Of a stretch of 33,413 bases of DNA, positions 8,727 to 17,123 are shown one piece after another. The stretch is from assembly GCA_039000685.1 (NCBI GenBank), contig JAWBNW010000003.1:1-33413 (forward strand), read 5' to 3'. How positions within the stretch are numbered: the stretch's first letter is position 1; every line of letters starts with the position of its first letter. This stretch comes from Candidatus Aenigmatarchaeota archaeon (GTDB lineage Archaea > Aenigmatarchaeota > Aenigmatarchaeia > CG10238-14 > SCSR01). A model generated the notes under the pieces. That model was not told the origin of the DNA, ran no database searches, and saw only the letters and a program-made list of their open reading frames with translations. Both the position numbers and the translations under genes were made by a program.

Positions 8727-9746
8727 ATGCTAATTATGATTAAAAAAAGATTAGCATCATATTTTGCAATAATAATTATTTTTGCAATAATTTTATTATT
8801 TATTACTTATTTTTTAGGTCCTAAATTACTATATTTGCCATCAGGAAAAATAAGAGTTGGTTATATAAAACATGCTGCTGAACTTCCTCTTTATGTTGCA
8901 TTGGAAAATGGTTATTTTGAAAAACAGAATTTAAAAGTTGAACTAATTCCTCTTGGATATAAAGAAGAAATGGACGCTTTAATAAGAGGGGATATTGATA
9001 TTATTCCTGCAACAAGTTTAACATTACCATTTGGTGTAGAAAGTGAAAGTCCAGAGTTGCTTAAACTCCACACATTTGGTGGGGTAATAGATGATGATAA
9101 AGAAATAGTAGAAGCTATTGTAGTTTTAAACGAATCTTCAATTTATTCTTTAAATGATTTAAAGAATAAAAAAATAGGTGTGACAAGTGGTGGAGTTGAC
9201 TTATTTGTTGTGAAGACTGTTCTTACTAAAGTTGGTTTAAAACCAGAAGAAAATAACATACAAATACTTCAAATGGATAGGAAACTGTTATTAATGTCAT
9301 TAGCTTCTAGACAGGTGGATGCAATTTATGTGACCCAACCAGATTTAGCTTCTATAGTTCATACAGTAAACAGCAGATATGTTGTCATCAATCCCAGGGC
9401 AAAATATATTTTAAACCCATTTTGGTCAGGTGCGGGAGTAGTAACAAGTAAATATTTAATTAAAAACTCTGAAACTTTTAAAAAATATCTAGTAGCAATA
9501 GATGAAGCAATAGAGTATTCTAGACTAAATCCCATTGAATCTAAAAAACTCTTAGTAAAATATACACCTGTAAACGAGAGCATAGCATTAGATGTTGGTA
9601 TTTATTTCAAAGTAAAATCAAATGAATCCATTAATCTTACTGCAGTCCAACAAATTGCAGATACTTATGTGGAGGTTGGGATATTGAAAAAAAATATCAA
9701 TGTTACAAACCTTTATTTATCTCCAGAATATGTAAAAGCACTTTGA
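8727..9746 (+). CDS. NitT/TauT (SsuA/THI5-like) ABC transporter substrate-binding protein
   Basis: N-terminal TM anchor, IRVGY, LPLYVALENGYFEKQNLKVEL, DLKNKKIGV. Confidence 0.85.
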   Translation: MLIMIKKRLASYFAIIIIFAIILLFITYFLGPKLLYLPSGKIRVGYIKHAAELPLYVALENGYFEKQNLKVELIPLGYKEEMDALIRGDIDIIPATSLTLPFGVESESPELLKLHTFGGVIDDDKEIVEAIVVLNESSIYSLNDLKNKKIGVTSGGVDLFVVKTVLTKVGLKPEENNIQILQMDRKLLLMSLASRQVDAIYVTQPDLASIVHTVNSRYVVINPRAKYILNPFWSGAGVVTSKYLIKNSETFKKYLVAIDEAIEYSRLNPIESKKLLVKYTPVNESIALDVGIYFKVKSNESINLTAVQQIADTYVEVGILKKNINVTNLYLSPEYVKAL

Positions 9747-9752
9747 GTAATT

Positions 9753-10511
9753 ATGATATATATAGATATTGTTCATTTATATAAAAGCTATGAGACTAAT
9801 GATGAGAAGATAATTATATATAAAAATTTTAACTTTAAAATTAGAGAAAAAATTATTGCATTTTTTGGACCTAATGGATGTGGTAAAACAACATTACTTA
9901 ATATTATCTGTGGTATAGTAAAACCCGATTCGGGCAAAATAAAGTTCAATATTGATGGTTTTTCTCAAGATAAAATAGGGTACGTGTTTCAAAGTACTGA
10001 GAATTTTTTATTTCCATGGATGTCAAACTTTGACAATATTACATTTCCTCTTAAGCTTAAAAATATTGATAAAAATGAAAGGGCAAACAAACTTCAAACA
10101 TTAATTAATCAACTAGATATAGTAAATATACCTTTAAATGCGTATCCCTATCAACTTAGTGGTGGGCAACAACAAATAATTGCTATTTTAAGAGCATTGA
10201 TAAGCGACCCAAATATTTTATTATTAGATGAGCCATTTTCCAATTTAGACTACTTAACTAAACTTAAAGTTAAATTTAACTTACTTAAAATACTAAAGAA
10301 TAGAAATATAGTTACTATTTTTGTTTCTCATACAATAGAAGAAGCAATATTCTTGGCTGATAGAATCGTCATTTTAAGTCAGAAACCGACGAAAATTCTA
10401 GAAACTCTGAAAGTTCCTTTTAAAAAGAGAAATATAGATACGATCCATTCAGAAAAATCCTCAAAGTTAAAAGAAAGAGTACTAAGACATTATAAAAATT
10501 ATTGGGTGTGA
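9753..10511 (+). CDS. NitT/TauT ABC transporter ATP-binding protein
   Basis: GPNGCGKTT, LSGGQQQ, LLLDEPFSNLD, VSHTIEEAIFLADRI. Confidence 0.92.
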   Translation: MIYIDIVHLYKSYETNDEKIIIYKNFNFKIREKIIAFFGPNGCGKTTLLNIICGIVKPDSGKIKFNIDGFSQDKIGYVFQSTENFLFPWMSNFDNITFPLKLKNIDKNERANKLQTLINQLDIVNIPLNAYPYQLSGGQQQIIAILRALISDPNILLLDEPFSNLDYLTKLKVKFNLLKILKNRNIVTIFVSHTIEEAIFLADRIVILSQKPTKILETLKVPFKKRNIDTIHSEKSSKLKERVLRHYKNYWV

Positions 10512-10517
10512 TATAAA

Positions 10518-11261
10518 ATGAAAAAGTTTACTTTTGTTGGACCACTTATAGTATTACTAATTTGGTGGATTATAACTTATATTCCTTTGATTAAATCAAT
10601 TTTACTTCCACCTCCACATACTGTAATTTTATCATTGTTTACACAACTATTCATTTCAAAGGAGTTATTGTATCCTTTATTTGAGACTCTATCTCTTTGG
10701 CTAACAGCATTCATTGTTGGTACTGTTGGTGGTATTTCTAGCGGGATGGTTATGGGATACTCTGATAAAATTTATTCATTTTTTGAAGTAATCATAGATT
10801 TTTTTAGATCTCTCCCCTCACTCTTGTTGATTCCAATAGCCATAATATTTTTCGGTATAGGGAATACATCAGCATTTCTTGTTACAACATGGTCTGGATT
10901 TTTTTATATTTTTATCAATACAATTTATGGAGTGAAATATGCTAGGAAAAGCTACATCTTTATTACAAAAATATTAAACATTGAGAAATTAAAAACATTC
11001 ACAGAAGTTATTTTGCCAGCTTCTGCTCCATACATAATTGCTGGTTTGCGTATAAGCTTAAGCATAACTTTAATAGTAGCAGTTGGATCAGAAATGATTC
11101 TCGGAAGAGGTGGTCTTGGCGGGAAAGTTTATGATGCATTTTTGATATATAACACAACTGAAATCTATGTGATAATCCTTATTGTTGGAACATTAGGCTA
11201 CATATCTAATAAACTTTTGGTACTTCTAGAAAATAGAGTTATTCACTGGAAAGGAGAATAA
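10518..11261 (+). CDS. NitT/TauT ABC transporter permease
   Basis: LLPPPHTV, FFRSLPSLLLIP, VILPASAPYIIAGLRI and about 6 TM segments (TauC/SsuC pattern). Confidence 0.9.
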   Translation: MKKFTFVGPLIVLLIWWIITYIPLIKSILLPPPHTVILSLFTQLFISKELLYPLFETLSLWLTAFIVGTVGGISSGMVMGYSDKIYSFFEVIIDFFRSLPSLLLIPIAIIFFGIGNTSAFLVTTWSGFFYIFINTIYGVKYARKSYIFITKILNIEKLKTFTEVILPASAPYIIAGLRISLSITLIVAVGSEMILGRGGLGGKVYDAFLIYNTTEIYVIILIVGTLGYISNKLLVLLENRVIHWKGE

Positions 11262-11309
11262 TAAATATTAAATTAATTTTTATAGTAATGTTAAAAATCG
11301 TACAGAAAA

Positions 11310-12767
11310 TTAGTATTGTTTTGCCATATATACTAAAAAATTTGCCTTTTTACCACATACTACACATTCTCCTTTTGGAGATTTTTCTTTTTCAAATAAC
11401 GTCCCTCTAATTGTTCCACCATTTGTTTTTACCTTTATATGATTTGCACATTCTTCATTACCACACCAATTAGTTTTTACTAACCCACCTTTTTCTTCAA
11501 GAATTTTCTTTAACTCTTTAAAATCTTTTGCTTCTGATAAATTCTCTTTAAGAAAGTTTTCAGCTTTTTTAACTAGAGAATTTTGCAAATTTTCAAGTAA
11601 TTTTTTAACAGAAGATATGAGTTGTTTTTCCTTACAAGATTTTTTTGTTCTGGTATCTCTTCTCACTAGAACCACTTGCTTACTTTTCAAATCAGCTGGT
11701 CCTATTTCAATTCTTAGTGGTACCCCTTTTAATTCCCAGTAATTATACTTGTATCCAGGAGTATATTCAGACCTTTCGTCTACTATGACTCTAATTTCAT
11801 TTTTTTCCAAAAGTTTTGAAATTTCTCTTGCCCTTTTCAAAACTCTGTTTTTTTCACTCTTTTTGTAGTATATTGGAATTATTACAACTTGATATGGTGC
11901 GATTTTTGGAGGAAGGATTAGTCCTTTATCATCTCCGTGGATAGCTATTAAAGCACCAAAAATTCTCCAAATAGCGGGTCCGTAGCAAGTTTGCCAAACA
12001 TACTTTTCTTTCTTATCTTTATCTATAAATTTTATGTTAAAAACTTTAGAAAAATTTTGTCCAAGTAAATGGGTCGAAGGCAATTGAATAACTTTTCCAT
12101 CTGGCATTATAGTATCTGCTGCATAAGTATGAATAGCACCTTTAAATTTATCATGTTCAGGTCTTTTAAAAAACATAAAAGGAATTGCAAACTGTTTATG
12201 CATTACTTCTTCAGTAATTTTCATATCCTCTTTTACTTGTTTTTCTGCCTCCTTCTTTGTAGCGAATACATTATGAGCTTCAATCCAATAAAATTCCCTA
12301 CCTCTAATAAATGGTCTGGTATAACTTTCATATCTCCAAACCTGACAACTTTGATATGTTTTAAGTGGTAAATCTCTCCAACTCCTGATCCATAAAGAAA
12401 ACATACTATACATCGCAGTTTCTGAAGTTGGTCTTAAAGCTAATCTTTCTTCTAGTTTTTTGTGTTCAGCACCACATTCTGTAATCCAAAAGACATCTAC
12501 CGAGAATTCAGCGTGTTCTCTCTCTTTTTTTAGAAAAGATTCTGGAATTACAGAAGGGAATAAAACTGGCTCGTGGCCTCTTTTCTCAAGTTCTTTTTCA
12601 AATAGCTCATACATTATCTTCATTACCCTAACAGACCAAGGCATATGAACAAGAAACCCCTTGACATTGTATCTTATATCTGCCAATTCAGCTTTTTGAA
12701 CTACCTGCGTATACCATTCTGAAAAATTTTCTAATTTTTTAATTGTTAATCCTTCTTGTTCAGCCAT
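11310..12767 (-). CDS. proS: Proline--tRNA ligase, canonical archaeal type
   Basis: RPTSET, WRYESYTRPFIRGREFYWIEAH, DKFKGA, QLPSTHLLGQNF, QTCYG, WELKGVPLRIEIG, Zn cysteines and C-terminal Tyr. Confidence 0.95.
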   Translation of the reverse strand: MAEQEGLTIKKLENFSEWYTQVVQKAELADIRYNVKGFLVHMPWSVRVMKIMYELFEKELEKRGHEPVLFPSVIPESFLKKEREHAEFSVDVFWITECGAEHKKLEERLALRPTSETAMYSMFSLWIRSWRDLPLKTYQSCQVWRYESYTRPFIRGREFYWIEAHNVFATKKEAEKQVKEDMKITEEVMHKQFAIPFMFFKRPEHDKFKGAIHTYAADTIMPDGKVIQLPSTHLLGQNFSKVFNIKFIDKDKKEKYVWQTCYGPAIWRIFGALIAIHGDDKGLILPPKIAPYQVVIIPIYYKKSEKNRVLKRAREISKLLEKNEIRVIVDERSEYTPGYKYNYWELKGVPLRIEIGPADLKSKQVVLVRRDTRTKKSCKEKQLISSVKKLLENLQNSLVKKAENFLKENLSEAKDFKELKKILEEKGGLVKTNWCGNEECANHIKVKTNGGTIRGTLFEKEKSPKGECVVCGKKANFLVYMAKQY

Positions 12768-12914
12768 TCAATAACACCATAAAATCTTTTATAAAATCTA
12801 TATAAATAAAGCTAGCCAAAATAAGTAATTTGGATTAGATGCATGGAACTCGTTCACAATTTCATTCATATTAATATTATGTTTATTTAAATAAATTAAT
12901 TTTTTACTATTTTT

Positions 12915-13250
12915 TCATTTTATAATTCTTAAATTCAATAACTTGATGATTTTTAAAAGTACATCTTTATTCAATACTCTTTCGTTCCATTTGAGAAAAA
13001 CAAGTTTCACTTCTTTATTCAAAGTTTCTCCTTTAAAATTCCACCATTTCTTGTGTAGCTCTTTAGCATAATCCAAATAGGCAACTCTTTGAATGCTCGT
13101 AATGCCATACTTATCTAGAATTCTCTTAACTCTCTTTATCAACCTATCTTGAGACTTAAGAGAATTCTTATCCATGTACTTCTTCAATTGTTCGTAAGTT
13201 ACGTTAATTTTCTGCATACCAAACAACTCCCTGAGCGAATTACATTTCAA
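12915..13250 (-). CDS. Putative SIRV2-fold (Adnaviria-type) capsid-protein-like helical protein
   Basis: VKRILDKYGITSIQRVAYLDYAKEL...GETLNKEV...NKDVL resembles the rudivirus coat protein core as recalled from memory. Start uncertain (TTG 13250 or ATG 13217). Confidence 0.5.
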   Translation of the reverse strand: MKCNSLRELFGMQKINVTYEQLKKYMDKNSLKSQDRLIKRVKRILDKYGITSIQRVAYLDYAKELHKKWWNFKGETLNKEVKLVFLKWNERVLNKDVLLKIIKLLNLRIIK

Positions 13251-13274
13251 CTTTAGTTAAACTATACTTCATGC

Positions 13275-13907
13275 CTAATCTTCCTTAAACAGATCCTCCA
13301 TGTTCTTCTCTTTAGCTAGTTCAACAAACTCTTTCTTTACTTTTGGATCTTTCTCTGCCAGTCTTTTCAACAGTTCGAATACAAAATCCTCATACTTCCT
13401 TCTATTATCTTCAAGTTTCATCATAGTTTCTATATCCAAAGGAGAGCCACACTTCTTACAAAACTGAGAAGTTGGGTCATTAATGTTTTGACATCTAAGA
13501 CATTTCTTTAGCTTCAAAACAGTTTCTTTCTTATCTTCTTCTTTAGCCAAACCATGTATCTGTAGTAAAGCATTATCAACATTCCTACCTGACAGATGAA
13601 CATAAACAGAAGCCATCTTAGAAGATTGTACCCAACCAAACAGTTCTTTCATCTGTGCTTCTGTAAGTTTGCTAGCCAATACGGTAGCTCCAGCATGTCC
13701 AAAACTATGTGGGTCAATTCTTTTCTTTATCCCAACTTTAATAGCGAGGTCCTTAAGCATTTTTAGAGTAGAATGATAACCAAGTTTGTTAAATCTATTT
13801 CTGGTTCCTATGGATATCCATAAAGAAGAATCAGAGTTATCTTTCAAAGGATGATTGCTCAGCCAATTCATTAGTATGGGAGGAGAAGCAATTACTCTTA
13901 CTCTTCT
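13275..13907 (-). pseudogene. Tyrosine recombinase/integrase C-terminal fragment with zinc ribbon
   Basis: RRVRVIAS...WLSNHP, PHSFGH (HxxR Arg replaced by Gly), GWVQSSKMASVYVHL with the catalytic Tyr, and CLRC/CKKC. The N-terminal half is absent. Confidence 0.85.
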
Positions 13908-14278
13908 ATAGATAAATCGAGCTCATTTTCTTCAACTTTGACCAAGTAGTCAACTCCAAATCTCACACGCTTTTCCCCATCGCCCACAACCAAAAATTTC
14001 GCATCCTTGTAAATTTCAACACTCACAGGCTCTCTATTCTGCAAAGGAATTAAAGCTTTATGATAATTCCTTCCTTCTTTCCATATTTCTTCTGATGTCA
14101 AGATTTCAGCTATTTTTTCACACAGCTCCCAGTCTGTATGACAGTATCTTTTCATCAGCCACTGCAAAAATTCTTCTTGTGAGATTTCATTTTTCTGAAG
14201 TTTGTGGAATTGGTCAAGCAAGCAATAAACTTCCCTACAGCTCTTTAATTCCCTTTTCAAATACTCCAACATTTTCAT
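13898..14278 (-). CDS. Hypothetical protein
   Basis: Open frame with host-like codons. ATG 14278 lies about 25 nt downstream of TAAATATATATTTA, which favours it over TTG 14356. Confidence 0.65.
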   Translation of the reverse strand: MKMLEYLKRELKSCREVYCLLDQFHKLQKNEISQEEFLQWLMKRYCHTDWELCEKIAEILTSEEIWKEGRNYHKALIPLQNREPVSVEIYKDAKFLVVGDGEKRVRFGVDYLVKVEENELDLSIEE

Positions 14279-14376
14279 CAATTGTTTTGAAGAAAAAAGC
14301 CTAAATATATATTTAGAACTCAAGGAGTGGTGAATTTCGATTTTATTCAAGATCAATCAACCACTCCCACAAAGGC

Positions 14377-15174
14377 TTACGAAAGAACAAAACTATTTTT
14401 TATACCTAATTTCACTTCTTTTGCTCTTTCCCACAAGCTTCTCATGTAGCTGTCTAACATGTTAACAAAAGAAGGATCTTTCGACCAAATTGAATGGAAG
14501 TTCAACTTCTCACCATTTTCCAATCTAACCATAGCCTCTTTTCCATCAACAACAACTATGCGAGGATGCAAGCCAAGTTCAACAATTCTCAGTTTAATCC
14601 CACCCTTCAAGTACCACTTTACTTTTTCCATGTTTTCAAAACCATTTGTTACCATGAGACGAACTTTTATTCCCCTTTCTTTACAATCAAGCAAAGCTTC
14701 CCTGTAGCTTGAAGAATAAGGCAAATTCTTCGTGAAATCGTAAACATATCTCCTAGCTTTTTTGAACATCTGCACAAGCTTGTCAAGAATTTCCATATAT
14801 TTTTCAGTCTTCTGAACCCAAACTCCTTCGGCAAATTCTTCATCCACTTCTATCGGTCTTAACAACCTGCTGATCAAAAAAGCTTTCTGCTTCAATTCTT
14901 TGAACTCTTCCTCCTTAGCTTCAAGCAAACTCTTGATGACAAATTGTGGCGTTACTGCTTTAAAAAGCTTAGGCCTTTCTTCAGAAATTTCCACAAGCTG
15001 CTTCTCCATTAAGCTTTCAAGCGTCACATAAATTTTTGATTGGGGCACGCAAGCTTGCTTACTTATTTCGCTAGCTTTAGTCGGACCAAGCAGGCTTAGC
15101 GTCACGTAAGCTTTCGATTCATATTCAGTCAAACCAAACTTTTGCAAAGTCTTGATTATTTCTTCCTTCTCCAC
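14377..15174 (-). CDS. TrmB family transcriptional regulator
   Basis: GLTEYESKAYVTL, ASEISKQACVPQSKIYVTLESL and a C-terminal PLD-like domain with HPRIVVVDG. Confidence 0.9.
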   Translation of the reverse strand: MEKEEIIKTLQKFGLTEYESKAYVTLSLLGPTKASEISKQACVPQSKIYVTLESLMEKQLVEISEERPKLFKAVTPQFVIKSLLEAKEEEFKELKQKAFLISRLLRPIEVDEEFAEGVWVQKTEKYMEILDKLVQMFKKARRYVYDFTKNLPYSSSYREALLDCKERGIKVRLMVTNGFENMEKVKWYLKGGIKLRIVELGLHPRIVVVDGKEAMVRLENGEKLNFHSIWSKDPSFVNMLDSYMRSLWERAKEVKLGIKNSFVLS

Positions 15175-15242
15175 AATTTTCTCTTTTCTATTTGGTATTA
15201 AATTTTCTTTCTTATCAAGTGAGTGGTTGCAAGCTCGATTTT

Positions 15243-15259
15243 CACCACTCTGAGTGGTG
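15243..15259. promoter_or_regulatory. Perfect palindrome, putative TrmB operator
   Basis: CACCACTC-T-GAGTGGTG between divergent genes, with related half-sites at 15221, 14325 and 14360. Confidence 0.6.
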
Positions 15260-15296
15260 GCTAAATTTCATTAAGCCCTGGTGGTATCTTAAAAGC

Positions 15297-15443
15297 ATGG
15301 AAAAAGCACTGAAAAAAGTGGAAGAAGGGCTTAGAGAGTGTGGTTTGGAAGAGAAAGAAGTGAAAGCCTTGATGAACTTCTTGAAGAATTACCTTGAATT
15401 AAAGAAAAATGAAAGATGTAAGCCTGAATTTGAAAAGAAATGA
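15297..15443 (+). CDS. Small hypothetical protein (48 aa)
   Basis: MEKALKKVEEGLRECGLEEKEVKALMNFL..., charged and helical, resembling the LxxxGLxExE opening of TrmB wHTH domains. Confidence 0.5.
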   Translation: MEKALKKVEEGLRECGLEEKEVKALMNFLKNYLELKKNERCKPEFEKK

Positions 15444-15496
15444 ATTCTTAAAATTTTGGTAAAAAATTTAAACTAGCTTGTGAAATTCTTAAAGAG

Positions 15497-16312
15497 ATGG
15501 AGAAAGCTGATATATACAATACTTTGAAGCAACTTGGCTTGGGTGAATATGAAGCAAGGGCTTACACAGATCTTGTTCTGCTAGGGCCTTCTCCTGCAAA
15601 CGAACTCAGCAGAGTTGCCAATATACCAAAGTCAAAAATTTATGATGTTCTTGAGAGCTTGATGTCCAAACAAATGGTTGAAGTTTTTGAAGAAAAACCC
15701 AAGCTTTTCAGAGCAATCGATCCAAGCATCGCGATCAAAAGCTTGATAGATGAAAAAGATCAAGAATTCAAAACAATAAAAGAAAAAGCAAATGCCTTAA
15801 TTTCTCAGCTTAAAATTTTTGGAAAAAAAGAAGAAATAGCAGAAGGAATTTGGGAACAAAATGGAGAAAAGGCAACAGAAGCCTTGAACAAGCTTGCTGA
15901 GATGTTTGAAAGAGCAAACAAATACACGATCAGCATCACGCGCGATTTTTCCCTTTCTTCAATTTTAAGAGAAGCTATAAAGTCTTGTTTGAGAAGAAAA
16001 GTCAAAGTCATGATGATATGCATGGGGATAACAAAAGAAAATTTTTACGGAGCAAAGTGGTGCTTAGAACAAAAAATTCCCATCAAAATTTTTGAAGCAA
16101 AAATTCATCCTCGCATCCTTGTGGTTGATGGGAAAGAAGTTGCGATAAGGCTTGACAGCAACCCAGAAGCAAGAAGGTTCAGGTTCAGGACGATTTGGTC
16201 AAATGATCCTTCTTTTGTTGCTGTCATGGACAACTACATGAAAAATCTCTGGAAGATGGCAAAGCCAGTTGATCTAAAAAATTTTAACTCTCCCAGTAGG
16301 TTACAAATTTAA
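15497..16312 (+). CDS. TrmB family transcriptional regulator (paralog)
   Basis: GLGEYEARAY, IPKSKIYDVLESL, HPRILVVDG. Collinear with 14377-15174. Confidence 0.9.
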   Translation: MEKADIYNTLKQLGLGEYEARAYTDLVLLGPSPANELSRVANIPKSKIYDVLESLMSKQMVEVFEEKPKLFRAIDPSIAIKSLIDEKDQEFKTIKEKANALISQLKIFGKKEEIAEGIWEQNGEKATEALNKLAEMFERANKYTISITRDFSLSSILREAIKSCLRRKVKVMMICMGITKENFYGAKWCLEQKIPIKIFEAKIHPRILVVDGKEVAIRLDSNPEARRFRFRTIWSNDPSFVAVMDNYMKNLWKMAKPVDLKNFNSPSRLQI

Positions 16313-16383
16313 AAATAGTTTTTCAATTCAGTTTTTTATAAAAAGGTTTAAGTATGTCTATTATAATAAATTATAATGAGAAA

Positions 16384-16596
16384 ATGGCAGAAACATTTAA
16401 GGCAAAAGTGAGAAGTGTTGGAACATCTCTAGGTATTTTGATACCAAAAGAAATAGCAGAGAAGGAAAAAGTTAAAGAAGGTGAAATCATTCAAGTTAGC
16501 ATAGTGAAACCAAATTTGAAAGAAGTTATGAAGCTTTTTGGTACCGCAAAAGACGCTTCGAAATTTGAAAGGGACCACAAGGATAGGGAATTTTAA
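16384..16596 (+). CDS. AbrB/MazE-type antitoxin (VapB-like)
   Basis: KVRSVGTSLGILIPKEIA AbrB motif, with a TAATG overlap to the PIN gene. Confidence 0.85.
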   Translation: MAETFKAKVRSVGTSLGILIPKEIAEKEKVKEGEIIQVSIVKPNLKEVMKLFGTAKDASKFERDHKDREF

Positions 16597-16976
16597 TGTT
16601 ATTTGATACTTTTGCCTGGATTGAATTTTTCAAAGGGAGCGAATCTGGAAAAAAGGCAGCTGAAATAATCTTCAAAGAAAAATGTTTCACATCTGTTATC
16701 TCTTTAAGCGAGTTGGTTGAATGGTGTTTTAAAAACAATTTGGAAGACAAAATAGAAGAATATTTAAAAGGTATAGAAAAAGCATCAATAATTCTGGAAG
16801 TTAAGAAAGAAATTGCATTGTTGGCGGGGAAGATTAATAATGAAAGAAAGAAGAAAATTAAAGGCTGGGGTATGATTGATTCTATAATTTTAGCAACAGC
16901 TATATTTGCCGGAGTCAAAATATTGACAGGAGATATTCATTTTAAAGATTTAGAAAATGTAGAATTTTTGCAATAA
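16596..16976 (+). CDS. vapC: PIN-domain toxin (VapC family)
   Basis: FDTFAWIEF, SLSEL, DSIILATA, LTGDIHF. Confidence 0.9.
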   Translation: MLFDTFAWIEFFKGSESGKKAAEIIFKEKCFTSVISLSELVEWCFKNNLEDKIEEYLKGIEKASIILEVKKEIALLAGKINNERKKKIKGWGMIDSIILATAIFAGVKILTGDIHFKDLENVEFLQ

Positions 16977-16994
16977 GATGTTTAGATTTGTCAA

Positions 16995-17080
16995 TGCCCC
17001 CACTGGGATTCGAACCCAGACCCAGAGCTTTTCACTAAGAACCGCAAGCTCCCGTCCTATCCAGGTTAGACGATGGGGGC
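16995..17080 (-). tRNA. tRNA-Arg(GCG) with 12-nt intron at 37/38
   Basis: Acceptor GCCCCCA/TGGGGGC, D-loop GGA with A20, anticodon arm GGAGC-TTGCGG[TTCTTAGTGAAA]A-GCTCT, T arm CTGGG-TTCGAAT-CCCAG. Intron at 17030-17041. CCA is not encoded. Confidence 0.92.
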
Positions 17081-17123
17081 AATCTATAAAAATATTTCTC
17101 ACCAATTAATTTAATCTGATAAC

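Larger units (their letters stand above)
5126..13907. mobile_element. Decayed integrated element / genomic island (boundaries approximate)
   Basis: Truncated methyltransferase at the left edge, frameshifted RHH and wHTH genes, a visibly AT-richer interior, and a capsid-like gene plus truncated integrase at the right edge. No att repeats were found. Confidence 0.55.

Noticed and set aside
6021-12914. Dedicated tRNA for the ProRS paralog
   Set aside because: The island's intergenic gaps are very AT-rich with no cloverleaf or T-loop motif, so the code-expansion idea has no tRNA support in this window.
5126-17080. attL/attR repeats or a duplicated tRNA 3' end for the island
   Set aside because: No second copy of the tRNA-Arg 3' half or terminal direct repeat was seen by eye.
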